64,000 nt of DNA from Ignavibacteriota bacterium (GCA_963801355.1 CAWDEM010000004.1:480001-544000); one strand, 5' to 3'; positions 9,269-20,344 are shown, counted from the stretch's first letter. Translations and numbers: made by a program. The notes: generated from the letters alone by a model not told the origin.

Positions 9269-10581
9269 CGTTTGCGATTGCGGGCTACAGTGATGTCCTG
9301 AAGGAGCGCCGATGCTGGCTCATCATTTCGGTCCTGGGGCACCAGCTCCCCGCGGAACGCCTTGGCAAGGATGGACTGGGTGAGTTGGCCTATGTTTCGT
9401 CTGGAGGTCTCAAATCGTTCTTCAATGGTGTCGGCGAGAGAGAACAATGCCTTCACACGGCGGACAATCTCACTCTGCTCGGGAAGGGGAGCGATCCTGA
9501 TTTCCAGCCAACGTAGCTGGGTCGTGTTTATCCGCGGGCGAGTAGCACCGTGAATTTCACTCACCAATCTGGAGTATGATTCTCCGCTAACCAGCTGGTA
9601 CGTAAGGTACAGAGGATCAACAACATCGTTCATCGGGCGCAGGCAGAAACAGTCCGCCTTGGCGATTGCTGGCCCACCGAGCGTGGGGAGAACACACGCT
9701 CGTACTTCTTTGTCAATGAACGAGGCGAATATGATGTCACCTTGTGAAACAGTGTGCTTCCGAAGGGAATCGTACTTCTTGTGTGATATATACGACAACT
9801 TGTCTGCGTAGAACCGCAGGTGGCCGATATTCTCCAAGCGGATTACCCTGACTCCTGAAGACGTATAGTCAGCGGTTTTTAGGTTCGAGCCAAAGGGTCC
9901 GTCGAAGATCCCGCCCTTCGGCAACACACTGTTCAGTGTGACCCACCTCCACCCCTTGGGTAAGCTGCTATCCTCATCAGAGCCGCCTCGCCACGCTTCG
10001 GTGAGCCTTCCCTCGCACGCCGCCTTCAGCACCGCCTGCCTGAACCGCTTGAGAAGCGTGGGGATGCGGTCCAGCCGTTTCTGGCATGCCTCCACATTGT
10101 CCAGGAGCTCCACCAGCTTCGCCACGATGCGGCGCTGCTCGGGAAGAGGCGGAAGGGGAACTTCATGGCCTTCGAAGACTGGTTTGGTGACATGCACCAT
10201 CCCAGTACCGTGAGCTTTGTCGTAGAGCTCCGAGATAGCATGCTGCACTGCATAGTAGAGGAACTCTTTGGTGCACAGGGTGAGGTCAGGCTCCACACGA
10301 AAGATGTGCTGGTTCAGCCAGGCATCCTGTCCCTTCCAGATATACGCCCCGAGGGAGGCTGACCAAGCCACAAGAAGATCTCCATGGCGTACCTTGTAGC
10401 GAGTCTCGTGTCTTTTTGAGGAGAGGTTGTATTCTGCGGTTGAGTTGTTGAGATTCTGAATCCGAATGATCGGCAGGCCCCTTGTCTCCCACTCTGTCGG
10501 CTTGAATGCTCGACCATTCACATACGTACCGAGAGTTCCGAGCGGGGCCAGTTGCCAGCCTTGAGGAAGAGACCCGCTCAT
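9265..10581 (-). CDS. hsdS: type I R-M specificity subunit
   Basis: Two TRDs with repeated LPQGW/LPKGW and PLPEQxxIV; C-terminal QSILAKAFRGELVPQ. Confidence 0.95.
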   Translation of the reverse strand: MSGSLPQGWQLAPLGTLGTYVNGRAFKPTEWETRGLPIIRIQNLNNSTAEYNLSSKRHETRYKVRHGDLLVAWSASLGAYIWKGQDAWLNQHIFRVEPDLTLCTKEFLYYAVQHAISELYDKAHGTGMVHVTKPVFEGHEVPLPPLPEQRRIVAKLVELLDNVEACQKRLDRIPTLLKRFRQAVLKAACEGRLTEAWRGGSDEDSSLPKGWRWVTLNSVLPKGGIFDGPFGSNLKTADYTSSGVRVIRLENIGHLRFYADKLSYISHKKYDSLRKHTVSQGDIIFASFIDKEVRACVLPTLGGPAIAKADCFCLRPMNDVVDPLYLTYQLVSGESYSRLVSEIHGATRPRINTTQLRWLEIRIAPLPEQSEIVRRVKALFSLADTIEERFETSRRNIGQLTQSILAKAFRGELVPQDRNDEPASALLQDITVARNRKR

Positions 10582-11993
10582 TTGTGCTCCTCTGACTCAG
10601 AATCGAGCAACGATAGGATCTTCCTGAGATCAACAACTACCTCCTCCAGTCCCGAAATCGTCTCGTTGGCCAGCTCCTGCGGCTCAGGCAGATCGTCGCT
10701 GTCCTCTACAGACTCGTCCTTGAGCCAGGTGATGTCCAGCTTATAGCCCCGCTCCTTCACGTCCGTGATGTGGAACTTGCGGAAGCGGCCCTCATTACCC
10801 AGGTCCTTCCGCTTGCTCTGTCCGTTGGGGTCGCTGCCGTAACAGGACTCAAACTCCTTGAAGTGCTCGTGAGTTAGCGGCCTGTCCTTCTTCGTGATGC
10901 CAGGAACGTTTGAGCGTGCATCGAATATCCAGACGTTCTCCGTAGGCAGGCCCTTCTGGAAGAAGACCACGTTGGCCTTCACGCCCTGGCTGTAGGGTGT
11001 AAACGTTCCGCGCGGGAGGCGGAGGACGGTGTGGACGTTGCAGTCCTTCATCAGGATCTCAAAAACCTCTCCCGCCTTGTCCTCAAAAAGCACGTTGTCA
11101 GGAAGCACCATGGCAGCCCTGCCGCCTGGCTTCAGTACGGTCAGGACATGCTGCACGAAGTTGAGCTGTTTGTTGCTCGTCTCAATGGTGAAGTCGTCGC
11201 GGTCAGGTGCCTGGTTGGCACCTTTTGTGCCGAACGGTGGATTCGTCAGGATGGCGTCGTATCGCTCGGCCTTGGCAGGCTCATACAGAGAATCGCCCAG
11301 GTATATGGTCGGCTCAAGGCCATGAAGATAGAGGTTCATCAGGGCGAGACGGCGGGGACGCGGGACAAGGTCTTGGCCGTAGTAAGTCCTGTGCTTAATG
11401 CGCTTGACATCCTTCCTGTCGAAGGCGCCCTTGGTTTCGTGCTTGAGCCAGTCGTAGGCGGTCAACAGGAAGCCTCCAGTGCCGCAGGCAGGGTCACAGA
11501 TACTAAACTCAGGTGCGACCCTGGGATCGGGCTTCATGACCTTCACAATGGACCTTATGAGCGGTCTCGGAGTAAAGTACTGTCCAGCACCTTTCTTGCC
11601 TTCGCTGGCCGCTCTCTCAAGGAGCCCCTCAAACGCAGCTCCTTTCACGTCCACATCCAGCGCAGACCAGTCCTCCTCGTCGATGAGGTTAATGACCTTC
11701 TTCAGGTTCACGGGGTTGCTGAAGCGGCTCTCGGACTGGGCAAAGATGTCGCCCAGGAGCCCTCCAGCCTCACGCAGCTTCCGCAGCGTGTCGGAGTAGT
11801 GGTCCGTGAGCGCGGTACCTGAGTGTTTCTTCAGGGCACCCCAGTCGTACCCCTTCGGTACAAGGGCACCCTTCTCGTGCGCCATTTTCAGGAACAGCAG
11901 GTACGTCAGCTGCTCGATGTAGTCGCCGTAGTCGATGCCATCGTGGCGCAGCGTGTGACAGAAACCCCAGAGTTTGTTGACGATGTCGGACAT
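10578..11993 (-). CDS. hsdM: type I R-M N6-adenine methyltransferase subunit
   Basis: GQYFTPR, DPACGTGGF (motif I), NPPF (motif IV); start MSDIVNKLW. Confidence 0.95.
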   Translation of the reverse strand: MSDIVNKLWGFCHTLRHDGIDYGDYIEQLTYLLFLKMAHEKGALVPKGYDWGALKKHSGTALTDHYSDTLRKLREAGGLLGDIFAQSESRFSNPVNLKKVINLIDEEDWSALDVDVKGAAFEGLLERAASEGKKGAGQYFTPRPLIRSIVKVMKPDPRVAPEFSICDPACGTGGFLLTAYDWLKHETKGAFDRKDVKRIKHRTYYGQDLVPRPRRLALMNLYLHGLEPTIYLGDSLYEPAKAERYDAILTNPPFGTKGANQAPDRDDFTIETSNKQLNFVQHVLTVLKPGGRAAMVLPDNVLFEDKAGEVFEILMKDCNVHTVLRLPRGTFTPYSQGVKANVVFFQKGLPTENVWIFDARSNVPGITKKDRPLTHEHFKEFESCYGSDPNGQSKRKDLGNEGRFRKFHITDVKERGYKLDITWLKDESVEDSDDLPEPQELANETISGLEEVVVDLRKILSLLDSESEEHK

Positions 11994-12065
11994 GGACAGG
12001 CTCAAGATCGTGAAGGTAGACATGAATAAGTGGACGTATTCTTCAACATGCAAAGTATCTCTTGT

Positions 12066-12587
12066 CTACCTCATTGCTGCGCCGAACTCCCTCTCTGGAA
12101 CAGTCGGAGGCCTTCGAGGCGTATGGATTATCGTAGGTACAACCATGTCTCGTAGCAAGGCGGTGTTCACAATGTTCACTAGATCAGGGTTCTTCTCCAG
12201 TGCAGCGCCGATCAGGAGAATCTCCAACAGCGCGGCGGATCGGTGACCATTCGCACTCGGTTTGACGAGTCTCCTTTGGGGAGTTCTGCACGCCAGGAGG
12301 TAGAGAGTTGGTGTCCCCTTTCGGAGGGCAATGGCTTGATTGTAGGCGAGAATCTTGTGGGGTCTGAAACACTCTGCCTTGAACGACTGCATCTCCGCTA
12401 GGCCCACGTACCACGGCCGTTGACCTTTTCCTGCCCGAACGCAATACACGTAGCACCCACACCCATCAGGCAAAGACGCTTCATCGTTTTCAACCTGGCG
12501 CCAGAACTCCCTCTTGGCATGTCTACGTACATCCACCGATCCTCGATGTCTAGACAAATCGAACGGTCCATGAACCGAGAAGTTCAT
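12066..12587 (-). CDS. GIY-YIG-like nuclease candidate
   Basis: GCYVY...WYVG motif and a downstream LE helix; inserted in the R-M locus. Confidence 0.5.
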   Translation of the reverse strand: MNFSVHGPFDLSRHRGSVDVRRHAKREFWRQVENDEASLPDGCGCYVYCVRAGKGQRPWYVGLAEMQSFKAECFRPHKILAYNQAIALRKGTPTLYLLACRTPQRRLVKPSANGHRSAALLEILLIGAALEKNPDLVNIVNTALLRDMVVPTIIHTPRRPPTVPEREFGAAMR

Positions 12588-12823
12588 TGCAGCCCCATTT
12601 GATGTATATGAGAACATATCGTTGTATTTGTTGTTCTTCATATTCGACATTAGAACGTGGAAGCTACTATCATGCACCCTTGCGCAAATGCGCGTGACCA
12701 GTGTGGACGAGACCTCTCCAAAGGAACTGAAGCTCTAGTCCTCTCACAGGTCAAAGTGCGTGGTGACTACACCAGCCGCATATTTCAAACGCGGGGGTAT
12801 GCGGCGGGGAAATAGTGCATGGC

Positions 12824-13714
12824 TCATAACTCGACGATCTTGAAACACAACCTGAAATCGCTCCAGTTGAAAACGGTCGTTTGGGCGGACTGCAGAGCTT
12901 CGGCCGTGAATGAAGTCAGGGTCCCTATCGAGTCCTTTTTATAGTAGATTGCTCTGCTCCGAATGAAGTTGGAAATCAGTGCCGAGCATAAAATCGTCAT
13001 GCGGACGTCACGGTCAGTGTCTAGAGGCTTGGTTCGCAATGTTATCGTACCGTCCTTCTCCTCCTTGAGATACGTTACTGACTCAGATAGGTCGCGGGTT
13101 ATCACAGGCTTCTTCAATGTCTGATCTATTATGTCGAAGCGTTGCGACATCGTTATGAGTCTCAGAGCGTGTTTGAACGCGTTGTACTCTTCTCGATCGC
13201 TAAAATCTTTCGCCATTGCTTCCAACATCCCGCGAATTGGTTCGAGACTTGTTACAATCTGCTCTTCCCTGGATTTGTCTGCTATGCCAAAAAAGAAAAG
13301 GTATCGAACGAAGGGAACGGTAATATCCTTGCCAGCAACCACTTCGCGGTCAAGGAAGCTGGTGTCGCCACCTGCTATCTTCTTGATGATGTCGTAGTTT
13401 GCCCTGCCATTTGAAGTTGACAAAAAGTACCAGACATTTTCATTATCAATGATCCCATTGCGCGGTTCAAGACTGAAAATCAGTTCAAACAAGGTTTCTA
13501 CGGCTTGATAGTATGTCGCCCTAATCTCAACTCGCAGACTCTTGATGTAATCGTCGATGTCAACATCGTCAATCCCGTTCAGGATGACGCTTTGGAGTTC
13601 GGGAAGATTCTCGATCAAGTTGTGCAAGGTCATCTGCTTGTATAGAAAATGATCCACTAAATAGGCGTCAAAGAATCCTCGGGCGAAAGGGATTTTGAAA
13701 GGTAGTCTATGCAT
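12824..13714 (-). CDS. hypothetical protein, possible HEPN-like domain
   Basis: Helical protein with REEYNAFKH motif; lower GC than flanking hsd genes. Confidence 0.5.
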   Translation of the reverse strand: MHRLPFKIPFARGFFDAYLVDHFLYKQMTLHNLIENLPELQSVILNGIDDVDIDDYIKSLRVEIRATYYQAVETLFELIFSLEPRNGIIDNENVWYFLSTSNGRANYDIIKKIAGGDTSFLDREVVAGKDITVPFVRYLFFFGIADKSREEQIVTSLEPIRGMLEAMAKDFSDREEYNAFKHALRLITMSQRFDIIDQTLKKPVITRDLSESVTYLKEEKDGTITLRTKPLDTDRDVRMTILCSALISNFIRSRAIYYKKDSIGTLTSFTAEALQSAQTTVFNWSDFRLCFKIVEL

Positions 13715-13766
13715 TGTGCTATGTTGGCAGATCGATGAATGTTCGAGTCGTGCACAGCGACACGTG

Positions 13767-14726
13767 CTATGTCCCTTTGGTAACCTTGAGCTGTCGGTAG
13801 TCGCCGATGACCCCAAGCATGTCTTTCATGGCGACAAAGTATCTTCCCAGTATGGTGTCCCAGGCCGTGGCATAGTCATCCACAGGGTATCGCAATCTGA
13901 AGAAATCGTAAGCTTGGAGGACCTTGTCGGCGTTGTCGCCGTGCGCGGGAAAGCTCTGACGAAGATCGTTCAGGCGTTTGAAGACAATGGTGATCGCTTT
14001 CGCCCGTTCGGCATTTGAGAAATCGGATAGTACTTCTTCGAGCAGAACCATAGGGGCGATCAGATTTGGCTCTGCAAGTTTGTGTTTTGCTGCAATCGCC
14101 TTGGCTCGATCTTCCGAGAACCAACGAAGGAGAGCAGGTTTGTTGATAGCTATCACGAGACCTGCCAGAGACTGTATTCTGTTGGTATACTGCTCAGTCG
14201 ATTGGGCCTCCTTATACATGTCGATCAACGCACGTTCTTGAGGAAGTTCCAGGAGTCGTTCACCGAGAAGGTTTTCGGTTAGTGTATTGATATTGTCGCG
14301 GATCGTCGAAATGTCATCAGATAGCGGAGTTATTTGCATTGGATTGGCCTCCTGCGCGGTCCTCTGATCGGGTTCGAGAATGGGAATCAGCGTTCCAGGG
14401 GCGAACAGCGAAAATGCTGGAGGGCTGGTTGGCGCAGAGAACGTGGTTAGGCTAAGTGGGCTAAACGGTTCTGCATCGCCTTGGCCGAGTCTGTGTGCGA
14501 CGGCCGTTGCGGCCACGCTTGCTGTTGCTGAGGCGAGTCGGGAGTCTGGAATACCCCAAACGGCTTGAAGTGTGCCAGATATTGTTACATCAAAATGATT
14601 CTCTGTCGTCGGTACGAACTCCCCCCCCCTCATCTCCCCGACTTCAACGTTGAGCCTGAATGCGTGTGCGTCGTAGCCTGGCTGTGTTATGTCGGTCAGA
14701 CTGCCTATGCGTATGAATTTCGTCAT
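13767..14726 (-). CDS. hypothetical protein, possible C-terminal HEPN-like domain
   Basis: FKRLNDLRQSFPAHGD (R-x5-H) in a helical C-terminal region. Confidence 0.5.
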   Translation of the reverse strand: MTKFIRIGSLTDITQPGYDAHAFRLNVEVGEMRGGEFVPTTENHFDVTISGTLQAVWGIPDSRLASATASVAATAVAHRLGQGDAEPFSPLSLTTFSAPTSPPAFSLFAPGTLIPILEPDQRTAQEANPMQITPLSDDISTIRDNINTLTENLLGERLLELPQERALIDMYKEAQSTEQYTNRIQSLAGLVIAINKPALLRWFSEDRAKAIAAKHKLAEPNLIAPMVLLEEVLSDFSNAERAKAITIVFKRLNDLRQSFPAHGDNADKVLQAYDFFRLRYPVDDYATAWDTILGRYFVAMKDMLGVIGDYRQLKVTKGT

Positions 14727-14784
14727 GAGTTTGTCCTTCTCGTCTTTGGTCCTGCAACTCATAGGTGTGCAGCCTCGACATCGG

Positions 14785-17463
14785 TCAAGCCGCCATCGCA
14801 TAGTTGATTTCTTCTATCAGCTTTGGCAGTTCGTTGCCGAACACTCGTTCAGCCGTTTTCCTCCCGCCGCGGTCGGTGAAGACTGGTTGTGCCTCCAGGT
14901 CATCTACATCAAACGTCAGGTTCCTGGTTAGATGCTCTTTGATATAACCGAGCCAGCGGTCTTGCTCTGCCGTGAAGGTCTTCCCCGCAATCACCTTCGT
15001 CATTGCCCGTCCAACCCGTTCCTCGGCCGTCAGGACGGGTTCCTGCTCCTTTGCTGCGTGCTTCACCATGGAGATGATGTCAGCCAGGGCCTTGTTGTAG
15101 ACGAGCCTATGAGCTTGCTGGAGTTGCTTCTCGGGGAACTTCGCCTTCTGGAGCTTGATGCGGAGGTCGTTGAGGACGTCCGTGCGCCACTGCTTGGGCC
15201 GCTTTAGCAGGACGTTGATGGCCTCTATGTGCTCGGGGTTTTCCTTGACGAACCGCGCGAATGACTCCAGGTAGTCCTCTGGCTTCTGGCCCATGACGAG
15301 CTTCTCGGAGGAAACCTCGTCCACCTGCTCAGGAGCCACAAGGAAGCTGCGCCTCGCCCGCTGGTAGTCCACCAGCAGATCCTGGAAATCCTTGTCGCGC
15401 AGGATTTTCACGGTGTCAGCAAAATCCTTCTTCAGATGCTGTGGCAGTCCCCCAGCGAACCTGCCCATGTCGCCATCGGGAATGTACGCGGCGAAATCTT
15501 GCCGCGCCTCCGCGCTCATGTCACGGTCAATGCGCCTGAGCCGTTTGACCAGAACCTTGGTGTAGTATTCCCTGTCCACGTTCTGGTAGATGTTCTCAAT
15601 GACCAGGGCGATCGACAGGGGCTCAGCTTGAGCAAGCTCAACGGGGAAGTCGGTGGTGCCCTTGAAGTAGTCGATCAGCGTACCGTCGAAGCAGTCGAAG
15701 ATGGTGAAGGCCTCCTTGCCTATGTCTGTGCAGAGCCGCGTGCCACGGCCAAGCATCTGCACCCACAGGATGCGAGACTTCACTGGGCGCATGAACACGA
15801 TGAACTCCAGGCTGGGGATATCGACTCCTGTGCTCAACATGTCCACGGTGACCACTACCTTTGGCTCAGGCCTGTTGCGAAACTCCCGTATGCGCTGGAG
15901 TGGGCGGTCAACGCTGGGGCTCCCCGTGATCTTCTGTACGAACGCGTCCCTCTGCCCGAACTCCTCGCGGCAGATAGCGACGATCTGGTCAGCATGAGAG
16001 GTGTGGGCAAGGTCATTCACCGCAAAGATGAGCGTCTTTGGGAACCTGCCGTTGCGCTCTTGGTGTTCGCGGGCATACTTGGCGACTTCCTTGATGACCT
16101 TCCTGTTTGTGTCAGGAACGGTGATGCGGCGCTCTATGTCCTCGGCAGCATACTGCCTCTCGTCCTCAAGCTGGTCAAAGAGTTTCTCGCCCGTGTCCGT
16201 GTTGACCAGCGTAACGTGTTCGCCTTCCTTCAGGAACGCCCCTTGCATCAGTACACCTGACTTGATCTTGACGGCGTCGTAGTCCACCAGATAGCCATCC
16301 TGTATGGCTTGCTCTGTGGTGTAGCGGTACACAACCTCCCTGAAGAGCGACAACGAGTGGGCAGCGGGGGTCGCCGTGAGCCCCACTTTGACGGCGTCGA
16401 AGTAGTCCATCACCTGACGCCAGATGGCCGTCTCGCTGGATGTGTAGCCACGGTGGCACTCATCGGCGATGATCAGGTCGAAGGCGTGGTTGGGGATGTC
16501 GAGCTTGGTGGTGTCTTCCTCATAGTCGGGGTCGCTGGCGTCCTGCTTGAACGCATTCTCCCACCCGAACAGGTTTATGGTCATCCGCTGTATCGTGGAG
16601 ACGTACACGAACGTGTGGTTGGGCTGAGGGTCGGTCAGGTATTTGTTGGGCAGGACCTTGGGGTCAAACACTTCGTCCTCGTCCAAGTCACCCTTGTAGA
16701 AGCGCTGGCTGTAGACCTCGTACTCCTTGTCGAACTTGCTGCCGCGTGGCGTGTTGAATGACGCGAACTCACGGACGGCCTGTGCTGCCAGCGCCCTACG
16801 GTCCACGAGGAAGAGCACACGGCGAAAGAGCTTCATCTCAAGGAGGCGGTAGATCTGGGCGACCGTGAGGTAGGTCTTGCCTGTGCCTGTGGCCATTGCG
16901 ACAAGCATGTGACGCTTGCCATCGCAGATGGCCCTCTCGATGGCCCTGACGGCTTTCTCTTGGTAGGGGCGCATGTATGGGAAGGGCGGAGGCTCATTCA
17001 CCTTATCGGTGAACTGGTGGAGCCCAGCAGCGAAGAACTCATCGAGGGCGGAGGGCGTGTGGAAGTTGGAAATCTCCCTGGATCTGCTGTTCTCAGGACG
17101 CACATCCACGAAGTACATCACCTCGCCGTTCGTCGCGTACAGGAAAGGCACGCGATAGCCGCTCCAGTTCCCTGCTGCACCGTCCCTGACGCCCCTGGAA
17201 TAGCGTTTGGCCTGCTCCAGGACGTTCTGAGGGCCTACGGCTACTTTCTTCGCTTCGATGATGCCCAGGAGCTGTCCTTGAACGAACAGGGCATAATCAG
17301 CGGGGCCATTGTCGGTGGGATACTCCTCCACAGCATGATGGCTGAGTGACGATCTCTTGAGTCCTGGGTGGTGGCGCACAATTACCCACGGCTGCGGGAG
17401 GGAAGTCAACCTGGTGTTGATCCGCTCCCTACGAGTTTTCCACTCTGGCTCTGATAACGTCAA
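14785..17463 (-). CDS. hsdR: type I restriction endonuclease subunit R (EcoEI-like)
   Basis: ADYAL...IEAK nuclease motif, MATGTGKT, IADECHR, TATP, QMLGRGTR; EcoEI-type C-terminal region. Confidence 0.95.
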   Translation of the reverse strand: MTLSEPEWKTRRERINTRLTSLPQPWVIVRHHPGLKRSSLSHHAVEEYPTDNGPADYALFVQGQLLGIIEAKKVAVGPQNVLEQAKRYSRGVRDGAAGNWSGYRVPFLYATNGEVMYFVDVRPENSRSREISNFHTPSALDEFFAAGLHQFTDKVNEPPPFPYMRPYQEKAVRAIERAICDGKRHMLVAMATGTGKTYLTVAQIYRLLEMKLFRRVLFLVDRRALAAQAVREFASFNTPRGSKFDKEYEVYSQRFYKGDLDEDEVFDPKVLPNKYLTDPQPNHTFVYVSTIQRMTINLFGWENAFKQDASDPDYEEDTTKLDIPNHAFDLIIADECHRGYTSSETAIWRQVMDYFDAVKVGLTATPAAHSLSLFREVVYRYTTEQAIQDGYLVDYDAVKIKSGVLMQGAFLKEGEHVTLVNTDTGEKLFDQLEDERQYAAEDIERRITVPDTNRKVIKEVAKYAREHQERNGRFPKTLIFAVNDLAHTSHADQIVAICREEFGQRDAFVQKITGSPSVDRPLQRIREFRNRPEPKVVVTVDMLSTGVDIPSLEFIVFMRPVKSRILWVQMLGRGTRLCTDIGKEAFTIFDCFDGTLIDYFKGTTDFPVELAQAEPLSIALVIENIYQNVDREYYTKVLVKRLRRIDRDMSAEARQDFAAYIPDGDMGRFAGGLPQHLKKDFADTVKILRDKDFQDLLVDYQRARRSFLVAPEQVDEVSSEKLVMGQKPEDYLESFARFVKENPEHIEAINVLLKRPKQWRTDVLNDLRIKLQKAKFPEKQLQQAHRLVYNKALADIISMVKHAAKEQEPVLTAEERVGRAMTKVIAGKTFTAEQDRWLGYIKEHLTRNLTFDVDDLEAQPVFTDRGGRKTAERVFGNELPKLIEEINYAMAA

Positions 17464-17706
17464 TGTCAGATCCCGTTGCTACGGCGTGCAGTAGCAGAGG
17501 CCGCAGGGTATGGAAGAAAGTGCGTTCAGAGGTCGTGCTTCGAGTAAGTGGTTGTTGCAGACCACGAGTGTGGCCAACTGACTCGTGAATGTCTCCTTGC
17601 TCGTTGAGCAAACCGCGGCCCTAATACGTATGCGGCCTGTCCAGTTCTTCTCTCTCTCAGGTGTTCAAACGTCGTCATTCGTTGGGCGATGTTGCTGAAG
17701 AAAAAG

Positions 17707-18387
17707 TTACCTACTAAGATCCTCAGCTTCTGCTTGCTCTGTGTGATATAGCTTGAGCTCGGTATTGAGAATAGACTCAGCAACATGATAGCTGCTGGGG
17801 ATTGGAAGGCTCGACCCAATGCCATTCACGTGAAAGAGGGGGAACCAGCCATCCCCTCCTTCGGCAAAACTCCGAACAATGAGATAGCCGCGATTGTCGA
17901 TCTCCCGTCGGAAATGCAAGACCAATGCGACATATGGAGTAGCCCATTGGGGTTTCATCTGGAACAGAGATACAGAATGCCATTTTTCAAGCAAGACGCG
18001 TGCAGAGTCTCCTCTGGAAATGCAGTCCCGTTCAAATATTGGGTGATTGAACATGCTTCGAAGACGCGGCGACGATGTCGAGTCAAAGAAATAGAGCGCA
18101 AGCTCGATTCGTACCGCTTTGAGGTTTGTGACTCCTTCATTCTTCACCCACAGAGTATCATTTCGAAGAACCAGTTCTACACCTGGATCTACCGAGGCTG
18201 CAAGTTGATCGCGGGCAATGGAGATCCAAGACCAGTTGACCCACAACAGCACCACGGTGGCGAGGCCCATTATTACAGATGCTATTGAGTAGACACGAGT
18301 CCACTTGACCAAACCAAGTTGGTGCTTCTCTTCATTCTGCATCTGCTTGAGAACCCGCAAATTCCGACTGTTCATGTGAGTCTCCAT
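17707..18387 (-). CDS. membrane-anchored hypothetical protein
   Basis: Single N-proximal TM segment; 226 aa ORF. Confidence 0.55.
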   Translation of the reverse strand: METHMNSRNLRVLKQMQNEEKHQLGLVKWTRVYSIASVIMGLATVVLLWVNWSWISIARDQLAASVDPGVELVLRNDTLWVKNEGVTNLKAVRIELALYFFDSTSSPRLRSMFNHPIFERDCISRGDSARVLLEKWHSVSLFQMKPQWATPYVALVLHFRREIDNRGYLIVRSFAEGGDGWFPLFHVNGIGSSLPIPSSYHVAESILNTELKLYHTEQAEAEDLSR

Positions 18388-18486
18388 GGTGGCAGACGGT
18401 CGAAGTCACCTTTCGCTGGGAACTATCTGCCTGAAACGGTGTCAGCTACGACTCGAAAAGAGGTTGACTGTTTCACCATCCAGCTC

Positions 18487-19416
18487 CTATTTCAAGAAGC
18501 GATTGTCGTTGTGCCATTGAAGATTCTGCGCAGAAGGCACAGGTATCCCAACTCTCGGGTCGCGCACGCGTGAGCCATGGAGTGCATAGTAGTCATGACC
18601 GTTCTCATACTCCTCGCGGATGCGCTTGCTGACCTCCACATGACGATCGGGTGTCACAGTGAGGTAGCCACGATCAAAGAGCGTGTGGAGGTCGCTGCGG
18701 AGCAGAAGTCCGTTGTCAAGCTGATGGAGACCGCCCTCGGCGTATGGACGTACGTGAGCTGTTTCAAGGACGGGGAGGACCCGTTCACCGCAGATTGCAC
18801 ACCTGCGTTCATAGGCGTCAGTAACAACAATTCGAAACGCGCCCTGACCCAGTCTCGGCTGTATGATCGTCGGAGGGCCGTAGCGTGCGGCGGGCTCGGC
18901 AACCAGCGAGGGGTCCAGAGGGTTCCAGTGAGACAACTGCAGCTGCCGTATCACCGCAGTGTACATTGAAAGGCCTGGTTCCTGAGTGACGTCATATCGA
19001 CGCCCCTGCTGAGTAGGTGCTTTCCAGTCGGCTGGGGTTGATACCCAATACTGTTCCTCAAGAAAGAAGGGCTGGACAAGGACAATACAGCCGATGGTGT
19101 AGTCCTCGTGAGGCAACGCTGGCTGCCTGCGATACTTCTCGATGCGCCTCCGCATCTCCTGAAGCGATGTAGCGCCATTGCCGATGCCAAATGAGCTCCA
19201 AGCCAGACTGACAGGGAGAAGCGAAGAATGTGCAAAGATGCCGCCACCGATGATGACGTTCTTACGGTGGGGCTTGAACAGGAATAGCTCGCCCTCTGTG
19301 ATGGCCTTGAACTGACGGGTGCCCCCAGGCTGCCAGAAGTTCACCTCTTCAATCCCTGGCTGAGCGGCCAGGAGGTCAAACCAGTCGGAGTCTGTTATTC
19401 CGACAAATGCGTTCAT
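18487..19416 (-). CDS. HNH endonuclease (putative modification-dependent restriction enzyme)
   Basis: RLGQGAFR...YERRCAICG...AHVRP...NGLLLRSDLHTLFDRG; N-terminal NFWQP domain resembling EVE/PUA-like readers. Confidence 0.85.
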   Translation of the reverse strand: MNAFVGITDSDWFDLLAAQPGIEEVNFWQPGGTRQFKAITEGELFLFKPHRKNVIIGGGIFAHSSLLPVSLAWSSFGIGNGATSLQEMRRRIEKYRRQPALPHEDYTIGCIVLVQPFFLEEQYWVSTPADWKAPTQQGRRYDVTQEPGLSMYTAVIRQLQLSHWNPLDPSLVAEPAARYGPPTIIQPRLGQGAFRIVVTDAYERRCAICGERVLPVLETAHVRPYAEGGLHQLDNGLLLRSDLHTLFDRGYLTVTPDRHVEVSKRIREEYENGHDYYALHGSRVRDPRVGIPVPSAQNLQWHNDNRFLK

Positions 19417-19885
19417 GGACCGTCTCGCAAGCTACATGGGCTCTCTCTTGCATTGCTGAGCTCATGTGAAGCTGAGTGGGGCACAGAACGGATCTGCCTG
19501 GGCTTCATTGAAGCATGGTCGAGAGGCGTTTTCCCCCAGCACTCTGGACAATGTACCCCGTCTCAACGACTTATGCAAGAACGTGGAGGTACACACAGCG
19601 GTTGTGTCTGCGATGCCCGTCGGATCTTCTGACTGTCCCACCTGCGACTGTCGTCATATTGACTATGTCGAAGTGGTGCACTACATTCACTTCGAATGAA
19701 TACGTTCTCGGGGTGGGGACGTGTTGGAGAAACGTGCTGAAGCCTCTTCGTCCGATGGATGGGGAGGCTTTGTCATTTGATCTGCACGCATAGAACTCCA
19801 CAATGAATGCGGGCAAGTGCAATTTCTTGCGGCCCGATAAGCGGCCATCTGACGGCGCATACGAACTGAGGAAATAGGTCTCTCA

Positions 19886-20344
19886 ATGGATATGTTGAGG
19901 AGATTCCATATGAGAATCATGATGGGGGTATTGTGTTGCTCGATCTTCACTCTCGGGTGCGCGGATACTGGGGTAGAGCCAGGGCCGTCTACGCTGCCAA
20001 TTCCGAGGTCCGCTCCTGAAGCCCAGCGACTCATACTCGGTCGTTGGGAATGGGTCGAGAGCAGTGTCAAGTTCCACGCTCCAACGTTTACTCCCGCTAT
20101 GATTGGTCACACCGAAGCAATGGTCTTCGCAAAAGATGGAATCTCCCGCACGTATAGAGATGGCCAAATCACAATGATACAACGCTACAGGATCGTTCCT
20201 ACTGGGCGGGAGTACATGCTTGAGTTGGACAGCTTGGGCCACATGTCTGATTTCCGAATATATGGGAACTATTTTTGCTGGGACAATCGGATATGGGATG
20301 GCATCTACAGTCTCTACAAACGGACAAGTAGTTGGGAGTACTAA
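19886..20344 (+). CDS. putative lipoprotein (lipocalin-like)
   Basis: Lipobox TLGC; ILGRWEWVES motif. Confidence 0.6.
   Translation: MDMLRRFHMRIMMGVLCCSIFTLGCADTGVEPGPSTLPIPRSAPEAQRLILGRWEWVESSVKFHAPTFTPAMIGHTEAMVFAKDGISRTYRDGQITMIQRYRIVPTGREYMLELDSLGHMSDFRIYGNYFCWDNRIWDGIYSLYKRTSSWEY

Noticed and set aside
19440-19880. Possible additional attC or small gene upstream of the HNH gene
   Set aside because: Only a weak GTGAAGCTGAG-like resemblance, with no matching core sites or convincing ORF.
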